From positions 332,670-396,669 of the forward strand of contig OY759724.1 of assembly GCA_963662715.1 (NCBI GenBank): a DNA stretch of 64,000 nt, in the 5' to 3' direction. Made by a program: the position numbers and the translations under genes. Position 1 is the stretch's first letter, and every line of letters begins with the position of its first letter. Positions 35,331 through 46,256 of the stretch are shown one piece after another. The stretch comes from Candidatus Omnitrophota bacterium. GTDB lineage: Bacteria; Omnitrophota; Gorgyraeia; Zapsychrales; JANLHA01. The notes below the pieces were generated by a model. It was given only the letters and a program-made list of their open reading frames with translations. It was not told the DNA's origin and made no database searches.

Positions 35331-36712
35331 CGTTGTCCTTGAGGGGTATCTTCGACAATGATCCCTTTTTGCTTTAATATGTCACGAATCTCGTCTGACC
35401 GCCTGAAATCCTTTTTCTGCCGCGCGGTTTCCCGCTCCGTCAAGTATTGCTGAATTTCCGCATCGGTCTGCCCGGAAGATTGCGACGGCTCGGACAAACC
35501 GAAAACCTCCCGGCAAAAATGCCTGATGAGTTGATCGGCATGATACAGCATGAAAGAAGCCGTCCTCCGGTCCTTGTGCTTGTTGGCCTCCGTGACCAGT
35601 TCAAACAAGCAGCCCAAGGCTTTGGGGGTGTTAAAATCATCATCCATAGCCTGGATAAACGATTGTCTATACTGATCAAGAATATCCTGCGTATCAGGGT
35701 TGCCCTCCAGTCCGGACGGATCAATGCTCCCGGCTTCCTGCGCCAGGATGGCGAATCTCTGCAGAGATTTGTGGGCGTCCTGAAGCTTATCGTCAGAGAA
35801 ATCAATCGGACTGGCATAATGAGACGACAGGAAAAACAGTTTTAAATCATCGGGAGCATATTTCCGCACAGCTTCCTGCACCGTAATAAAGTTCCCAAGG
35901 GACTTGGCCATCTTCTGGCCGTTAATCGTTAACAGGCCGTGATGAATCCAGTATTTCGCAAAAGGCTGCCGGGTCAGAGCCTCTGCCTGGGCGATCTCAT
36001 TCTCATGATGAGGGAAGATCAAATCCCGCCCCCCGGCATGAATATCCAAAGTTTTACAGTTTAAATGCTTCAGACTCATACAGGAACATTCGATATGCCA
36101 TCCCGGCCGGCCGTCTCCCCACGGACTGCTCCAGGAAGGTTCTCCTTCTTTCGAGCGTTTCCATAAGGCAAAATCCAACGGGTCCTGTTTCTTATCGTCT
36201 TTCTCGATCCTCACCCCTTCCAGCATCTTTTCAACGCTTTGGCCGGAAAGTTTTCCGTATGCGCTAAATTTTCTTACGGAAAAGTAGACGTCGCCTTCAA
36301 CCGTATAGGCAAACCCCTTCTCCATAAGCCCTTGAATGTGCTGAATCATCTCCGGGATATTCTCCGTGGCTTTGGGCTCCATATCCGCCCGGCCGACACC
36401 CAAAACATCCAAATCCCGGTAATATTTCCCGATGTTCTCCTCGGATACCCGTTGACTGGAGACCCCCAACTCATTGGCCTTGCGGATGATCTTGTCATCT
36501 ATATCCGTGATATTACGGACGAAACGAACATCGTATCCCCTATACTTTAAATAGCGGCGGATAACGTCAAAAACATATAAACTCCGGGCATGGCCGATAT
36601 GGCACTGATCATAAACCGTGACACCGCAGGAGTACATCCGGATGATTTTATCCTCCAAAGGGATCAGCGGCTCTTTCTTCTTAGTCAACGAATTATATAT
36701 TTGAATACTCAT
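35315..36712 (-). CDS. cysS: Cysteinyl-tRNA synthetase
   Basis: 465 aa. HIGH (CHIGHARS) and KMSKS (KMAKSLGN), with Zn-binding Cys residues. Confidence 0.9.
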   Translation of the reverse strand: MSIQIYNSLTKKKEPLIPLEDKIIRMYSCGVTVYDQCHIGHARSLYVFDVIRRYLKYRGYDVRFVRNITDIDDKIIRKANELGVSSQRVSEENIGKYYRDLDVLGVGRADMEPKATENIPEMIQHIQGLMEKGFAYTVEGDVYFSVRKFSAYGKLSGQSVEKMLEGVRIEKDDKKQDPLDFALWKRSKEGEPSWSSPWGDGRPGWHIECSCMSLKHLNCKTLDIHAGGRDLIFPHHENEIAQAEALTRQPFAKYWIHHGLLTINGQKMAKSLGNFITVQEAVRKYAPDDLKLFFLSSHYASPIDFSDDKLQDAHKSLQRFAILAQEAGSIDPSGLEGNPDTQDILDQYRQSFIQAMDDDFNTPKALGCLFELVTEANKHKDRRTASFMLYHADQLIRHFCREVFGLSEPSQSSGQTDAEIQQYLTERETARQKKDFRRSDEIRDILKQKGIIVEDTPQGQRWRRE

Positions 36713-36771
36713 GGTCTGTCCTGATAAAAATAAATGGTTAACTTTTTCCTGACAAGCAAACCTGGCGGTCG

Positions 36772-37476
36772 TCAGGCATCCTTTTGGGTTTTGGAAGAAG
36801 AATTTTGCTTCTCCAAAGACTTTAATCTCTTCTCCAAATGATTGACCTGCTGCATGACTGGGTCCAGAATGTGTATATGATCCATCATATTATCAATCTT
36901 TTTTCCGTCCTGTTTGGTAATGCGCCCCGGGACGCCGACAATCGTCGTGTTGGGCGGAACATCTTTGATGACGACGGCATTGGCGCCGACATAAGCATTG
37001 GAGCCCACGCGGATATTCCCCAGCACTTTGGCACCGGCTCCGATGACGATGTTGTCCCCCAAGGTCGGATGCCGCTTCCCGGTTTCTTTCCCGGTCCCGC
37101 CCAAGGTCACACCTTGAAATAAAGTCACATTATTGCCGATAATCGTTGTCTCTCCGATGACCACCCCCATCCCGTGATCAATAAAAAGCCCCTGGCCGAT
37201 CTTAGCTCCCGGATGGATCTCAATGCCGGTCAGACTCCGGCCTATCTGGGAAAGCAGTCTCGGAAATAAAGGCACGCCTTTGGTCCAAAGCCAGCGCGAT
37301 ATGCGGTAAATCATCACCGCATGCAGGCCGGGATAAAGCAGAAGAATTTCCAGCGTGCTTTTCGCGGCCGGGTCACGTTCCTTGCTGGCCTGGATTTCTT
37401 TGGAGAAAAAAACAGACAGCAGTAAAAACACCGAAAAGACAAAAAGAACTATCATTATAAGTATCATATTGGGCAC
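36772..37476 (-). CDS. cysE: Serine O-acetyltransferase (with an unusual hydrophobic N-terminal extension)
   Basis: 234 aa. [32 protein letters not shown], then a hexapeptide-repeat LbH domain. The first ~25 residues, [24 protein letters not shown], look like a TM helix. Confidence 0.8.
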   Translation of the reverse strand: MPNMILIMIVLFVFSVFLLLSVFFSKEIQASKERDPAAKSTLEILLLYPGLHAVMIYRISRWLWTKGVPLFPRLLSQIGRSLTGIEIHPGAKIGQGLFIDHGMGVVIGETTIIGNNVTLFQGVTLGGTGKETGKRHPTLGDNIVIGAGAKVLGNIRVGSNAYVGANAVVIKDVPPNTTIVGVPGRITKQDGKKIDNMMDHIHILDPVMQQVNHLEKRLKSLEKQNSSSKTQKDA

Positions 37477-37566
37477 CTGTTCATACGTTCACGATGATGA
37501 CACCAGTCCGGGTCTTTTTCCCCGTCCAGGAACAACAGGATCAATCCGTCCTGTTCCTTTATCTCG

Positions 37567-38061
37567 TTATTTTTGTATAAGTTCCGGCTTCATTAACAGC
37601 ACTGTGGCAAAAGCCGCTATCCCTTCCTTACGGCCCATAGGCCCCATACCTTCATGGGTCGTCGCTTTGATGTTCACGGCCGGCACCGCAACATCAAGAA
37701 CCGATGCTATGCCGGCCTTCATTTCTTCTTTATAATTTTTCAGTTTAGGTTCCTCCGCGATAACCACCGCGTCAACATTGCCGACAACATATCCCTCTTC
37801 CTGCACAAGGGCGCAAACCTGCCGCAATAATTTCAAGCTGGAAATGCCTTTATACTGCGGGTCCGTGTCAGGGAAATGTTCCCCGATATCCCCTTTTCCT
37901 AACGCCCCCAGAAGAGCGTCACAGAGGGCATGCAGGAGCACGTCAGCGTCAGAGTGTCCTTCCAATCCCAAGGTGTACGGAATTTCGACGCCGCCCAGGA
38001 ACAGAGGCCTCCCGTCCGCAAAACGATGGACATCATACCCCAATCCTGTCTTATAATTCAT
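37567..38061 (-). CDS. ispF: 2-C-methyl-D-erythritol 2,4-cyclodiphosphate synthase
   Basis: 164 aa. GLGYDVHRF...HSDADV... are the signature motifs. Confidence 0.9.
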   Translation of the reverse strand: MNYKTGLGYDVHRFADGRPLFLGGVEIPYTLGLEGHSDADVLLHALCDALLGALGKGDIGEHFPDTDPQYKGISSLKLLRQVCALVQEEGYVVGNVDAVVIAEEPKLKNYKEEMKAGIASVLDVAVPAVNIKATTHEGMGPMGRKEGIAAFATVLLMKPELIQK

Positions 38062-38116
38062 CGGTCATCCTATCTTATCCCTGCAAAAACAAGGCATCAA
38101 TCTTCTCATCAAAACT

Positions 38117-38800
38117 CTAATGAACCTGCTTCAACAAAAGCTCCCCCAGCAAAAGGTCTTCCGGGGAAGTAATTTTAATATTAGAATAATCACCGCGCAC
38201 GACTTTTACTTTAATGCCGTAACGCTCAACCAGGGAGGCATCATCCGTGACACACAAATCATCCGTCTGGGCATGGGCTTTCACGATAATATCCTTTGAA
38301 AAGACCTGCGGAGTCTGCACCTCCCATAGCTGTGACCGATCCAGCGTCTCCTCCACCGTGAGATCCTTCATTCTCACTTTTTTTATCGTCGGCTTGACCG
38401 GAACGCCCACAATCACAGCCTGCTCATCATAGCAAATACGCAGGCATTCTTCAACTAACCGTTGCGTGATCAGGGGCCTGGCCGCATCATGGATCAGGAC
38501 GAACCTGGTGTCCTCATCGATCTCCCGGATCCCCTTCTTAACGGATTCGCACCGGGTTTTTCCTCCGGGAACAACTATGGACACTTTTTTCAGGCCGCTC
38601 TTTTTGACCAGATCCCGGCATCTTTCAACCCAGTCGGCTCTGGTCAAAATAATAACACTGTCAACAAAAGAAGACCTTTCAAAGACCTCCAGAGAATACA
38701 GCAATAAAGGTTTATCCTGCAAACGCACAAAAGGCTTGGGAATATCCGTTTTTAAACGCACACCGTCTCCGGCCGCGGCGAGAATAACTTGTGTTTTCAT
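38117..38800 (-). CDS. ispD: 2-C-methyl-D-erythritol 4-phosphate cytidylyltransferase
   Basis: 227 aa. ILAAAGDGVRL (GxG nucleotidyltransferase) and LIHDAARP. Confidence 0.85.
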   Translation of the reverse strand: MKTQVILAAAGDGVRLKTDIPKPFVRLQDKPLLLYSLEVFERSSFVDSVIILTRADWVERCRDLVKKSGLKKVSIVVPGGKTRCESVKKGIREIDEDTRFVLIHDAARPLITQRLVEECLRICYDEQAVIVGVPVKPTIKKVRMKDLTVEETLDRSQLWEVQTPQVFSKDIIVKAHAQTDDLCVTDDASLVERYGIKVKVVRGDYSNIKITSPEDLLLGELLLKQVH

Positions 38801-38830
38801 ACAGTCTTTAAACAGTTTCCTATGTGAATT

Positions 38831-39826
38831 CTAGTTCATCTTTGCAAAAATCATCCGGCCGCTTTGCGTCTGCAGAACCGACGTCACCTGAACAGTCACG
38901 ACTTTCCCGATCAGTTTCCGGGCCTCGCTGACAACGATCATCACGCCTTCTTCCGTATAGGCGACCGCCTGATCAGGCTCTTTTCCTTCCCGGATAAGAC
39001 GGACCTGCAGTTCATCGCCGGGGAAAACAACCGGTTTGATCGCATGAACAAGTTCATGCAGGTTCAAAGTGATAACCCCCTGAATGGCGGCCATACGGCT
39101 GAGGTTATAATCTGTCGTGCATATCTTGGCATCCAGGATCTTGGCCAAACGGACAATTTTGGAATCAACGTCTTCTTCCTGAGGCACGTCTTCCTCATGA
39201 ATGATCAGGCCGAAAGAAGAGTCCTTTTGTATGCTGCGCAAAATCTCCAAGCCGCGGCGTCCCCGTTTATGTTTCAGGGGATCCTGAGAGTCGGCCACGC
39301 GGTGCAGTTCCTGCAGGACAAAACGTGGGACGACGATCCTGCCGACAAAAAAATTCGTTTTATAAATCTCTTTAATCCTGCCGTCGATAATGGCGCTTGT
39401 ATCCAGCAAGACGATCCGCTCTTCCATATCCTGCCGTTTAAACCGCACGTAAGGGATAATAAGGTTGAATTCGTCTTTTCCCCGGAGGGCCATGACAGCC
39501 CCTAAATAGGAAAAAATCAAAGTAAAGGCCACCCGGGACACAGACTGAACAAACTCCCCTAAAGGCAGAAGGGAAAGGATATCGGAAACCAGCTTGGCCA
39601 TAAAGACCCCTAACAGCAAGCCGAACACCATGCTGGACAGGCCCCTGACCGAGACCCGGCGCAGGCTGATCTCCAATAAAATTAATGCCAGGCCCGTGCC
39701 AAACCCCAGACAGACCCCCCAGAAGGGATAGAAAGCGATAGACCCGATATAGAAACCAATTAATGTGCTGATAATCAGAAAAAAGACGCGAATGAATAGT
39801 AGAGTCATATTGTCTCCTTCAAACAA
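38831..39826 (-). CDS. yacL: PIN + TRAM domain membrane protein (YacL-like)
   Basis: 331 aa. Four N-terminal TM helices, a central PIN domain (VLLDTSAIIDGRI) and a C-terminal TRAM-like beta domain. Its position between radA and ispD is as in Bacillus. Confidence 0.75.
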   Translation of the reverse strand: MFEGDNMTLLFIRVFFLIISTLIGFYIGSIAFYPFWGVCLGFGTGLALILLEISLRRVSVRGLSSMVFGLLLGVFMAKLVSDILSLLPLGEFVQSVSRVAFTLIFSYLGAVMALRGKDEFNLIIPYVRFKRQDMEERIVLLDTSAIIDGRIKEIYKTNFFVGRIVVPRFVLQELHRVADSQDPLKHKRGRRGLEILRSIQKDSSFGLIIHEEDVPQEEDVDSKIVRLAKILDAKICTTDYNLSRMAAIQGVITLNLHELVHAIKPVVFPGDELQVRLIREGKEPDQAVAYTEEGVMIVVSEARKLIGKVVTVQVTSVLQTQSGRMIFAKMN

Positions 39827-39839
39827 CGGACATGTCTAT

Positions 39840-41213
39840 TTATGAAATAGTTTCCAGTACGTCTAAAGCATCTTTAACATAACTGACGGGAAGCAAAGTC
39901 ATATCCTGACTTATCGTCCCGGCCCCTGCTTGTATATTCGTCCGCGGGAGGACGCACTTCTTAAAGCCCAGCTTCTCCGCCTCTTTCACGCGCAAAACAA
40001 CCTGCGAAATACTCCTTACCTCCGAAGATAATCCGACTTCTCCCAAAACAACAGTATCCGCAGGAACCCGTTTATCCGTCAGCGCCGAAGCCACGGCCAA
40101 AACCACGCCTAAATCGGCCGCGGGATCCATGATTTTAAAACCCCCGGCAATATTTAAAAAAATATCCTTATCCTGCAGATTCAGGCCCAAACGTTTATCC
40201 AAGACCGCGACCAGCAAAGCCAAACGGTTCGTGTCGAAACCATGGGTCTTATGGCGGACAACGCCGAAATTCGACCGGCTGACCAGTCCCTGAACTTCGA
40301 TTAAAAACGGCCGGGTTCCTTCCAGGACCGAGACAACCACCGAACCGGAAGCGTGGGATGGACGCTCCGACAAAAAGATCTCTGACGGGTTCATCACCTC
40401 CTTTAACCCTTGTGATGTCATTTCAAAGACACCCAGCTCATTGGTTGAACCGAAACGGTTCTTAACGGTTCGCAACACCCGGTAGGTCATATACCGCTCC
40501 CCTTCGAAATAAAGAACCGTGTCGACAATATGCTCCAGAACCCGGGGCCCGGCAATCGTGCCTTCTTTTGTAACATGTCCGATGATAAATAACGCCATTC
40601 CCAAAGATTTTGCCAGATGCGTCAATATCGATGCACATTCCCTGACCTGGGCAACACTGCCCGGGCTCGAACCCAGTTCGGGGGAATACATCACCTGAAT
40701 CGAATCTATGACCAGGACCTGCGGTTTCAATGTTTTGACATGCCCCTTAATCTGATCCAGGTCAATCTGGTTAACAATATAAACGGATTCCGGGACAGTT
40801 TCCCCTAAACGGTCTGCCCGCATCTTGGTCTGTTTAATGGATTCCTCTCCGGAGACATACAAAACTTTGAATCCCTTCTGCCCCAAATGACACATAACCT
40901 GTAATGTCAGCGTGGACTTTCCGATGCCCGGGTCTCCGCCGATCAGGGTGACCGCCCCCGGGACAAGCCCTCCGCCTAAGACCCGGTCGAATTCCGGAAG
41001 CCCGGTGACCCAGCGGGGGTCCTGTTCGGACTGGACATCCTTTAAAAGCACCGGGGTCTCCGACAAGACCGGCCTGTCCCGGCCCGCCGGGGCCGAAGCA
41101 GGCACAAACTCTTCAACGTAGGAATTCCAACTTTGGCATGCCGGACATTTCCCCATCCAGCGCGGTGACTGGGCACCGCAATCCTGGCAAATGTATGTTG
41201 TCTTAGTTTTCAT
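39840..41213 (-). CDS. radA: DNA repair protein RadA (Sms)
   Basis: 457 aa. N-terminal C4 zinc finger (CQDCGAQ...CPACQ), a RecA-like ATPase (GGDPGIGKST) and a Lon-like C-terminal domain. Confidence 0.9.
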   Translation of the reverse strand: MKTKTTYICQDCGAQSPRWMGKCPACQSWNSYVEEFVPASAPAGRDRPVLSETPVLLKDVQSEQDPRWVTGLPEFDRVLGGGLVPGAVTLIGGDPGIGKSTLTLQVMCHLGQKGFKVLYVSGEESIKQTKMRADRLGETVPESVYIVNQIDLDQIKGHVKTLKPQVLVIDSIQVMYSPELGSSPGSVAQVRECASILTHLAKSLGMALFIIGHVTKEGTIAGPRVLEHIVDTVLYFEGERYMTYRVLRTVKNRFGSTNELGVFEMTSQGLKEVMNPSEIFLSERPSHASGSVVVSVLEGTRPFLIEVQGLVSRSNFGVVRHKTHGFDTNRLALLVAVLDKRLGLNLQDKDIFLNIAGGFKIMDPAADLGVVLAVASALTDKRVPADTVVLGEVGLSSEVRSISQVVLRVKEAEKLGFKKCVLPRTNIQAGAGTISQDMTLLPVSYVKDALDVLETIS

Positions 41214-41304
41214 AGATAATAAGAAAGGAACGTCGTTTCACTTTTATCAAGCAAAAGACTCCCGGCACAGGTGTTGAATCCTATCTTATGAAGGCGAGCT
41301 GCAT

Positions 41305-43731
41305 TTATGAAGCTGACTCAAAATGAAGATAATCGTTATTCCGAAGGACTTTAATTTTACTGCCTTCTTTGAATTGACCGGCAATAATCTCTTCCGCGAG
41401 AGGATCTTCCAGGTAACGCTGAATCGTTCTTTTCAAAGGTCTCGCTCCGAAGACCGGATCAAACCCTTTTTCGATCAGAAAGTTCGTGGCATCCTTGGTC
41501 AACTCTATGGCAATCCCCTGCTCGTCCAGACGTTTAGCCACCTCATGAATTTCGATCTCTACGATTTCAACCAGGTTTTCCTTGGTCAATTGTCGGAAAA
41601 CAATAATGTCATCTATGCGGTTCAGGAATTCCGGTTTAAAGACCCTTTTGACCTCTTCCAGCAAACGGGCCTTCATATCTTCATAGGATGCGTTCTCTGT
41701 TTGGGCCAGGAAACCGAGAGCGCCTTTGGAACGCAACATATCAGCCCCCACATTCGACGTCATAATAATAATCGTGTTCCGGAAATCGACTTTCCGCCCC
41801 AGGCTGTCCGTCAGACGGCCTTCCTCGAAGACCTGAAGCAGAATATTAAAGACATCCGGATGGGCCTTCTCAATTTCATCAAGCAGAATAACAGAGTACG
41901 GTTTCCGGCGGACTTTCTCGGTCAGCTGCCCCCCCTCTTCATATCCCACATATCCCGGAGGAGCTCCGATAAGCCGGGACACGTTAAACTTGTCCATGTA
42001 TTCCGACATATCTATCTGGATCAGGGCATCGGCATCGCCGAACATATATTCTGTCAGAACGCGCGCCAAATGCGTCTTGCCGACTCCGGTGGGGCCGAGA
42101 AAAACAAACGACCCGATCGGCCGGCGGGGGTTCTTGATTCCGGCCCGGGACCGGCGGACGGCCCGGGAAATAGCTCCGATCGCTTCTTCCTGTCCGACAA
42201 CAAATTTCTTGATCTGGCTGTCCATGCTCAGCAGCTTTTCGCTCTCCTTCTGCTCAAGCCTCACCAGAGGAATCTTCGTCCACTGGGAAATGACTTTCGC
42301 GATATCCTCTTCCCCTAACGTGATCGTCACATTATCCCTTTTCTGGGACCATTCGGCCCGCACCTTATCCAGATTTTCCCTGACATTCCGTTCCTGGTCC
42401 CGCATATGAGCAGCTTTTTCAAAATCCTGGCTCTTGATAAACGCTTCTTTTTCTTTTCTTAACTGTTCGATCTGAGACTCCAGCTCTTTGATGTCAGCCG
42501 GGACTTCCATCGCATGCAGCCGCGCCCGCGCCCCGGCTTCGTCCAGGATATCAACCGCTTTGTCCGGAAGGGCCCGGCCGGAGATATAACGTTCGGATAA
42601 ACGGACCGCCGCCTCCAGGGCCTCATCGGAAAATTTCACCCGGTGATGAGCCTCATATTTATCCCGCAAGCCCTGCAGAATCAGAATCGCTTCGTCCACC
42701 GAGGGGGGGTTAACGATAATCGTCTGAAAACGCCGCTCCAACGCCGCGTCTTTTTCGATATGTTTACGGTATTCATCCAGAGTCGTCGCTCCGATACACT
42801 GTATCTCTCCCCGGGCCAAAGCCGGTTTAAGAATATTCGCGGCGTCAATGGCGCCTTCCGCGGCACCTGCTCCCACCAAAGTATGAAGTTCGTCCACAAA
42901 AAGGATAATCTTCCCGGAACGCTTAATCTCATCCATGATCGCTTTAATGCGTTCTTCAAACTGTCCCCGGTACTTCGTGCCGGCAATCATCAAAGCCAGA
43001 TCCAGGACCACGATATTTTTATCCCGCAAAATTTCCGGGACATCCCCGGCGACAATCAGCTGGGCAAGGCCTTCGACAATCGCGGTCTTTCCGACCCCCG
43101 CTTCTCCCAGCAGGACCGGGTTGTTTTTCGTGCGGCGGCTTAAAATCTGCACGATGCGCTCGATTTCTTCCGACCGGCCGATGACCGGATCCAGTTTCCC
43201 CTCTTTGGCTAACTTGTTTAAGTTACGGCCATAGGCATCAATGGCCGGGGTCTTGCCGGTCTTGCCCTGCTCCTGCACGCTGAACCCCGGGATCCCGGAG
43301 CCGAGAAGCTCCATGACTTCGTTGCGTAATTTGCTCAAATCCAAGCCCAGGTTCAGGAGAACGCGGTAAGCCATCCCTTCGCCTTCCTTGACCAGCCCCA
43401 GCAACAAATGTTCTGTCCCGATATAATTATGTCCTAAAGCCCGCGCTTCTTCGGCGGAAAGCTCCAAAGCCTTTTTGGACCTGGGGGTGAAAGGGATGTC
43501 CCCCAGCACCTGCGTCTGGGGACCGGGCTGCACCAGTTTTTCAACTTCAATACGGATGGTTTCAAGATCCAGGCCGAGTTTCTGCAATACGGCCGCAGCC
43601 ACCCCCTCCCCTTCCCGGATAAGGCCTAATAATAAATGCTCCGTCCCGATGTAATCATGATTAAACCGTCGGGCTTCTTCTTTTGCATAAACAATGACTT
43701 TCCTGGCTCTTTCAGTAAATCTATTAAACAT
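41305..43731 (-). CDS. clpC: ATP-dependent Clp protease ATP-binding subunit ClpC
   Basis: 808 aa. Duplicated Clp_N repeats, two AAA+ modules ([15 protein letters not shown]; [12 protein letters not shown]) and a UVR-type linker. Confidence 0.9.
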   Translation of the reverse strand: MFNRFTERARKVIVYAKEEARRFNHDYIGTEHLLLGLIREGEGVAAAVLQKLGLDLETIRIEVEKLVQPGPQTQVLGDIPFTPRSKKALELSAEEARALGHNYIGTEHLLLGLVKEGEGMAYRVLLNLGLDLSKLRNEVMELLGSGIPGFSVQEQGKTGKTPAIDAYGRNLNKLAKEGKLDPVIGRSEEIERIVQILSRRTKNNPVLLGEAGVGKTAIVEGLAQLIVAGDVPEILRDKNIVVLDLALMIAGTKYRGQFEERIKAIMDEIKRSGKIILFVDELHTLVGAGAAEGAIDAANILKPALARGEIQCIGATTLDEYRKHIEKDAALERRFQTIIVNPPSVDEAILILQGLRDKYEAHHRVKFSDEALEAAVRLSERYISGRALPDKAVDILDEAGARARLHAMEVPADIKELESQIEQLRKEKEAFIKSQDFEKAAHMRDQERNVRENLDKVRAEWSQKRDNVTITLGEEDIAKVISQWTKIPLVRLEQKESEKLLSMDSQIKKFVVGQEEAIGAISRAVRRSRAGIKNPRRPIGSFVFLGPTGVGKTHLARVLTEYMFGDADALIQIDMSEYMDKFNVSRLIGAPPGYVGYEEGGQLTEKVRRKPYSVILLDEIEKAHPDVFNILLQVFEEGRLTDSLGRKVDFRNTIIIMTSNVGADMLRSKGALGFLAQTENASYEDMKARLLEEVKRVFKPEFLNRIDDIIVFRQLTKENLVEIVEIEIHEVAKRLDEQGIAIELTKDATNFLIEKGFDPVFGARPLKRTIQRYLEDPLAEEIIAGQFKEGSKIKVLRNNDYLHFESAS

Positions 43732-44784
43732 CTAAACTCCTCCCAATTTTTCTCTAATTAAACTGGCTCTACGGATATCTCTTGCCGATGCTGATAATTT
43801 CCGCCCTTCGATCTTCTGCAGATGGGCGGGTTGAATAAGAATAAGCAACTCATTCATCGTGCAGCGGTCAATATTCTTGACCAATCCCAGGTCTATCCCC
43901 AGCCGTACCAGCGACAGCAGTTCAATCGTTTCCTGGCTGGAAATAATGTGGGCATTCTTTAATACCCCCAAAGACCGGAAAATTTTATCTTCCAGCATAG
44001 GTTTGTTTTGCAGAATCAAAGCCTGCCGGGCCTGCTCTTCCTGTTCGATAACCTGGCGGATCAGGCCGTTAATATTTTGAATAATGTCCACCTCGCTGTG
44101 CCCCAGGGAAACCTGATTGGAGATCTGATAAAAGTTACCCCTGGCCTGAGTCCCTTCTCCGTAAAAACCCCGGGAAGCAAAACTCAGCTTAGCAATAGCC
44201 GTTAAAACTTTATTAATCTGCTTGGTCATAACGAGCGCCGGGAGATGCAGCATGACGGACCCCCGCATGGCGGTTCCCGTGTTGGTCGGACACGCTGTCA
44301 AATACCCCCAATGCTGCAGAAACGCAAACGGCAAAATCTTCGACAAGTTGTCGTCGATCATGTCGATAATCTTCCACGTCTCATGCAAGTTCAGCCCCGA
44401 CTGCATGACCTGGATACGCAGGTGGTCCTCCTCATTAATCATCACAGACAAAATTTCCTCCTGCGAGATGATAAGGGCCTTCCCTTCGGTGTTAGAAGAA
44501 TGTTCATGACTCATGAGATGCCGCTCAATCAGGAACTGCCGGTCAATATTGTCCAGCTCGTTCATCTGAAATAATGTCGATTTCTTGAAATAGTCGATTT
44601 TCTTCGTGGCCTCCTGGACAGAAGACAACACATTGACCAAATCCTTTTTATGCGCTTTATTCGGGAAGGGAACGCTTAATAAATTGCGGGCTAACCGTAT
44701 CCGGGAAGACATGACAATGTTTGAATACGGCCCCGTACCTTTAAGCCACTGACCGCTCTGGTAAATCAAATCATTTAATTTCAT
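43732..44784 (-). CDS. mcsB: Protein arginine kinase McsB
   Basis: 350 aa. ATP:guanido phosphotransferase core ...CPTNTGTAMRGSVMLHLPAL.... Adjacent to mcsA and clpC. Confidence 0.85.
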   Translation of the reverse strand: MKLNDLIYQSGQWLKGTGPYSNIVMSSRIRLARNLLSVPFPNKAHKKDLVNVLSSVQEATKKIDYFKKSTLFQMNELDNIDRQFLIERHLMSHEHSSNTEGKALIISQEEILSVMINEEDHLRIQVMQSGLNLHETWKIIDMIDDNLSKILPFAFLQHWGYLTACPTNTGTAMRGSVMLHLPALVMTKQINKVLTAIAKLSFASRGFYGEGTQARGNFYQISNQVSLGHSEVDIIQNINGLIRQVIEQEEQARQALILQNKPMLEDKIFRSLGVLKNAHIISSQETIELLSLVRLGIDLGLVKNIDRCTMNELLILIQPAHLQKIEGRKLSASARDIRRASLIREKLGGV

Positions 44785-45290
44785 TTATTATCTTCTTTCC
44801 TTTTCGTCTCTAAAGCACGGATCTTGTCCCTTAATTCTGCGGCCTGTTCAAAATGCTCCTGTTCAATCGCCTGCTGTAACTGCTGTTTAAGATCCTGGAT
44901 GTTCTCCGTCTTCTTGACGCTTTTAACCTGAACGTTTCCCGGGCTCTTGCCGTGATGACGGTTGGAGCCGTGAATCCTTTTCAGCAGACCGCCCAGCTGG
45001 TCCTGAAAGGCCGTATAACACTCGCTGCACCCCAGTCGGCCGAATTTCTTAAAATCCTCATAACTCAACTGGCACGAGGGGCAGACCGACTTGACCTTTT
45101 CATAGTCCTTGACCTGTTTGCCAAAATCGGCCAATCCTGCCAGCAGGTCAGATAGGCCGAACTGTTGCTCCATCTGCACGCTTTTCTCGCGGGCGCATTC
45201 CTCGCACAAGTGCATCTCGAGCATTTGTTCATCAACGATCTCCGTCAAATGGACCGTCGCTTTTTTCTTTCCGCATAAATCACAGATCAT
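44781..45290 (-). CDS. mcsA: McsA (protein arginine kinase activator; zinc-ribbon + UVR motif)
   Basis: 169 aa. Two CxxC pairs at the N-terminus (CDLCGKKKA...CEEC), a second zinc module (CPSCQ...CSECY) and a C-terminal UVR-like helix (...QAAELRDKIRALE). Confidence 0.8.
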   Translation of the reverse strand: MICDLCGKKKATVHLTEIVDEQMLEMHLCEECAREKSVQMEQQFGLSDLLAGLADFGKQVKDYEKVKSVCPSCQLSYEDFKKFGRLGCSECYTAFQDQLGGLLKRIHGSNRHHGKSPGNVQVKSVKKTENIQDLKQQLQQAIEQEHFEQAAELRDKIRALETKRKEDNK

Positions 45291-45347
45291 AATTCATCCT
45301 CGATTATAAATTTTCGTATTCCTCTGCTATGGACAGGAAATATATTG

Positions 45348-46211
45348 TTAATATTTTACGCCGTCCTGCGCCGTTGCCTGCTTAAACTGCTGAATGAGAT
45401 TCCGGGTAAACTGCCCCGGGGTTCCGCTGGCTATCGAGCGGCCGTCAACTTTGACAATGGGAATAATCTCCGCGGCCGTGCCTGTCAGGAAGCATTCGTC
45501 GGCATTATAAATTTCATGCCGGGTCAGGAAACCCTCCCGCGTTTTCACACTGTTTTTTTCTGCCAGCTCCAGGACCACATCCCGGGTAATTCCTTTTAAA
45601 CGTCCGGTCGACGGGGTGGATAACACTCCGTTTTTAACGATAAAAATATTGTCCCCCGTACATTCGGCCACATACCCCTGGTTATCCAGCATAATGGCCT
45701 CACAGAATCCTGCCGTATTCGCCTCAATCTTAGCGAGAATGTTATTAAGATAATTCAACGACTTGAGTTGCGGATTAAGCGCCTCGGGATGGTTCCGCAA
45801 AGTCGGCACCGTAATGATAGCCATTCCGTTGGCGTACAGCTCATCGGGATATAAGGTGATTTTATCCGTAATGATAATCACGCCCGGGGTTCCGAAACAT
45901 TTCTTAGGATCCAGCCCGAGGTCCCCTTCTCCCCGGGTAATAATGACGCGGATATAGGCATCGTCGAGTTTGTTCTGATTAAGCGTATCCACAATGGCCT
46001 GGATCATCTCTTCCTTTGTCAAAGGGATGTCAATCAACAAAGTGTGCGCCGTTTCATACAAACGATCGATGTGCTCCTGCAGGCGGAAGACCAGCCTCTT
46101 GTAGGAGCGGATACCTTCAAAAGCGCCGTCACCGTAAAGGAAACCGTGGTCAAACACAGAAACCTTCGCTTCCTCCTTATTCACAAAACGTCCATTAAGA
46201 TAAATTTTCAT
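45348..46211 (-). CDS. ilvE: Branched-chain amino acid aminotransferase (class IV PLP enzyme)
   Basis: 287 aa. ...EAKVSVFDHGFLYGDGAFEGIRSY..., AYIRVIITRG and FLTGTAAEIIPIVKVDG parallel E. coli IlvE. Confidence 0.8.
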   Translation of the reverse strand: MKIYLNGRFVNKEEAKVSVFDHGFLYGDGAFEGIRSYKRLVFRLQEHIDRLYETAHTLLIDIPLTKEEMIQAIVDTLNQNKLDDAYIRVIITRGEGDLGLDPKKCFGTPGVIIITDKITLYPDELYANGMAIITVPTLRNHPEALNPQLKSLNYLNNILAKIEANTAGFCEAIMLDNQGYVAECTGDNIFIVKNGVLSTPSTGRLKGITRDVVLELAEKNSVKTREGFLTRHEIYNADECFLTGTAAEIIPIVKVDGRSIASGTPGQFTRNLIQQFKQATAQDGVKY

Positions 46212-46256
46212 TTTTGTTTCACCTCGTCATTGCATTGGATCATTAATTAGAAAACT

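Noticed and set aside
45291-45347. Search for a CtsR operator (tandem AGGTCAAA) upstream of mcsA
   Set aside because: No heptad direct repeat is present in the 57-bp ilvE-mcsA spacer or nearby. mcsA is probably co-transcribed with ilvE or uses a different regulator.
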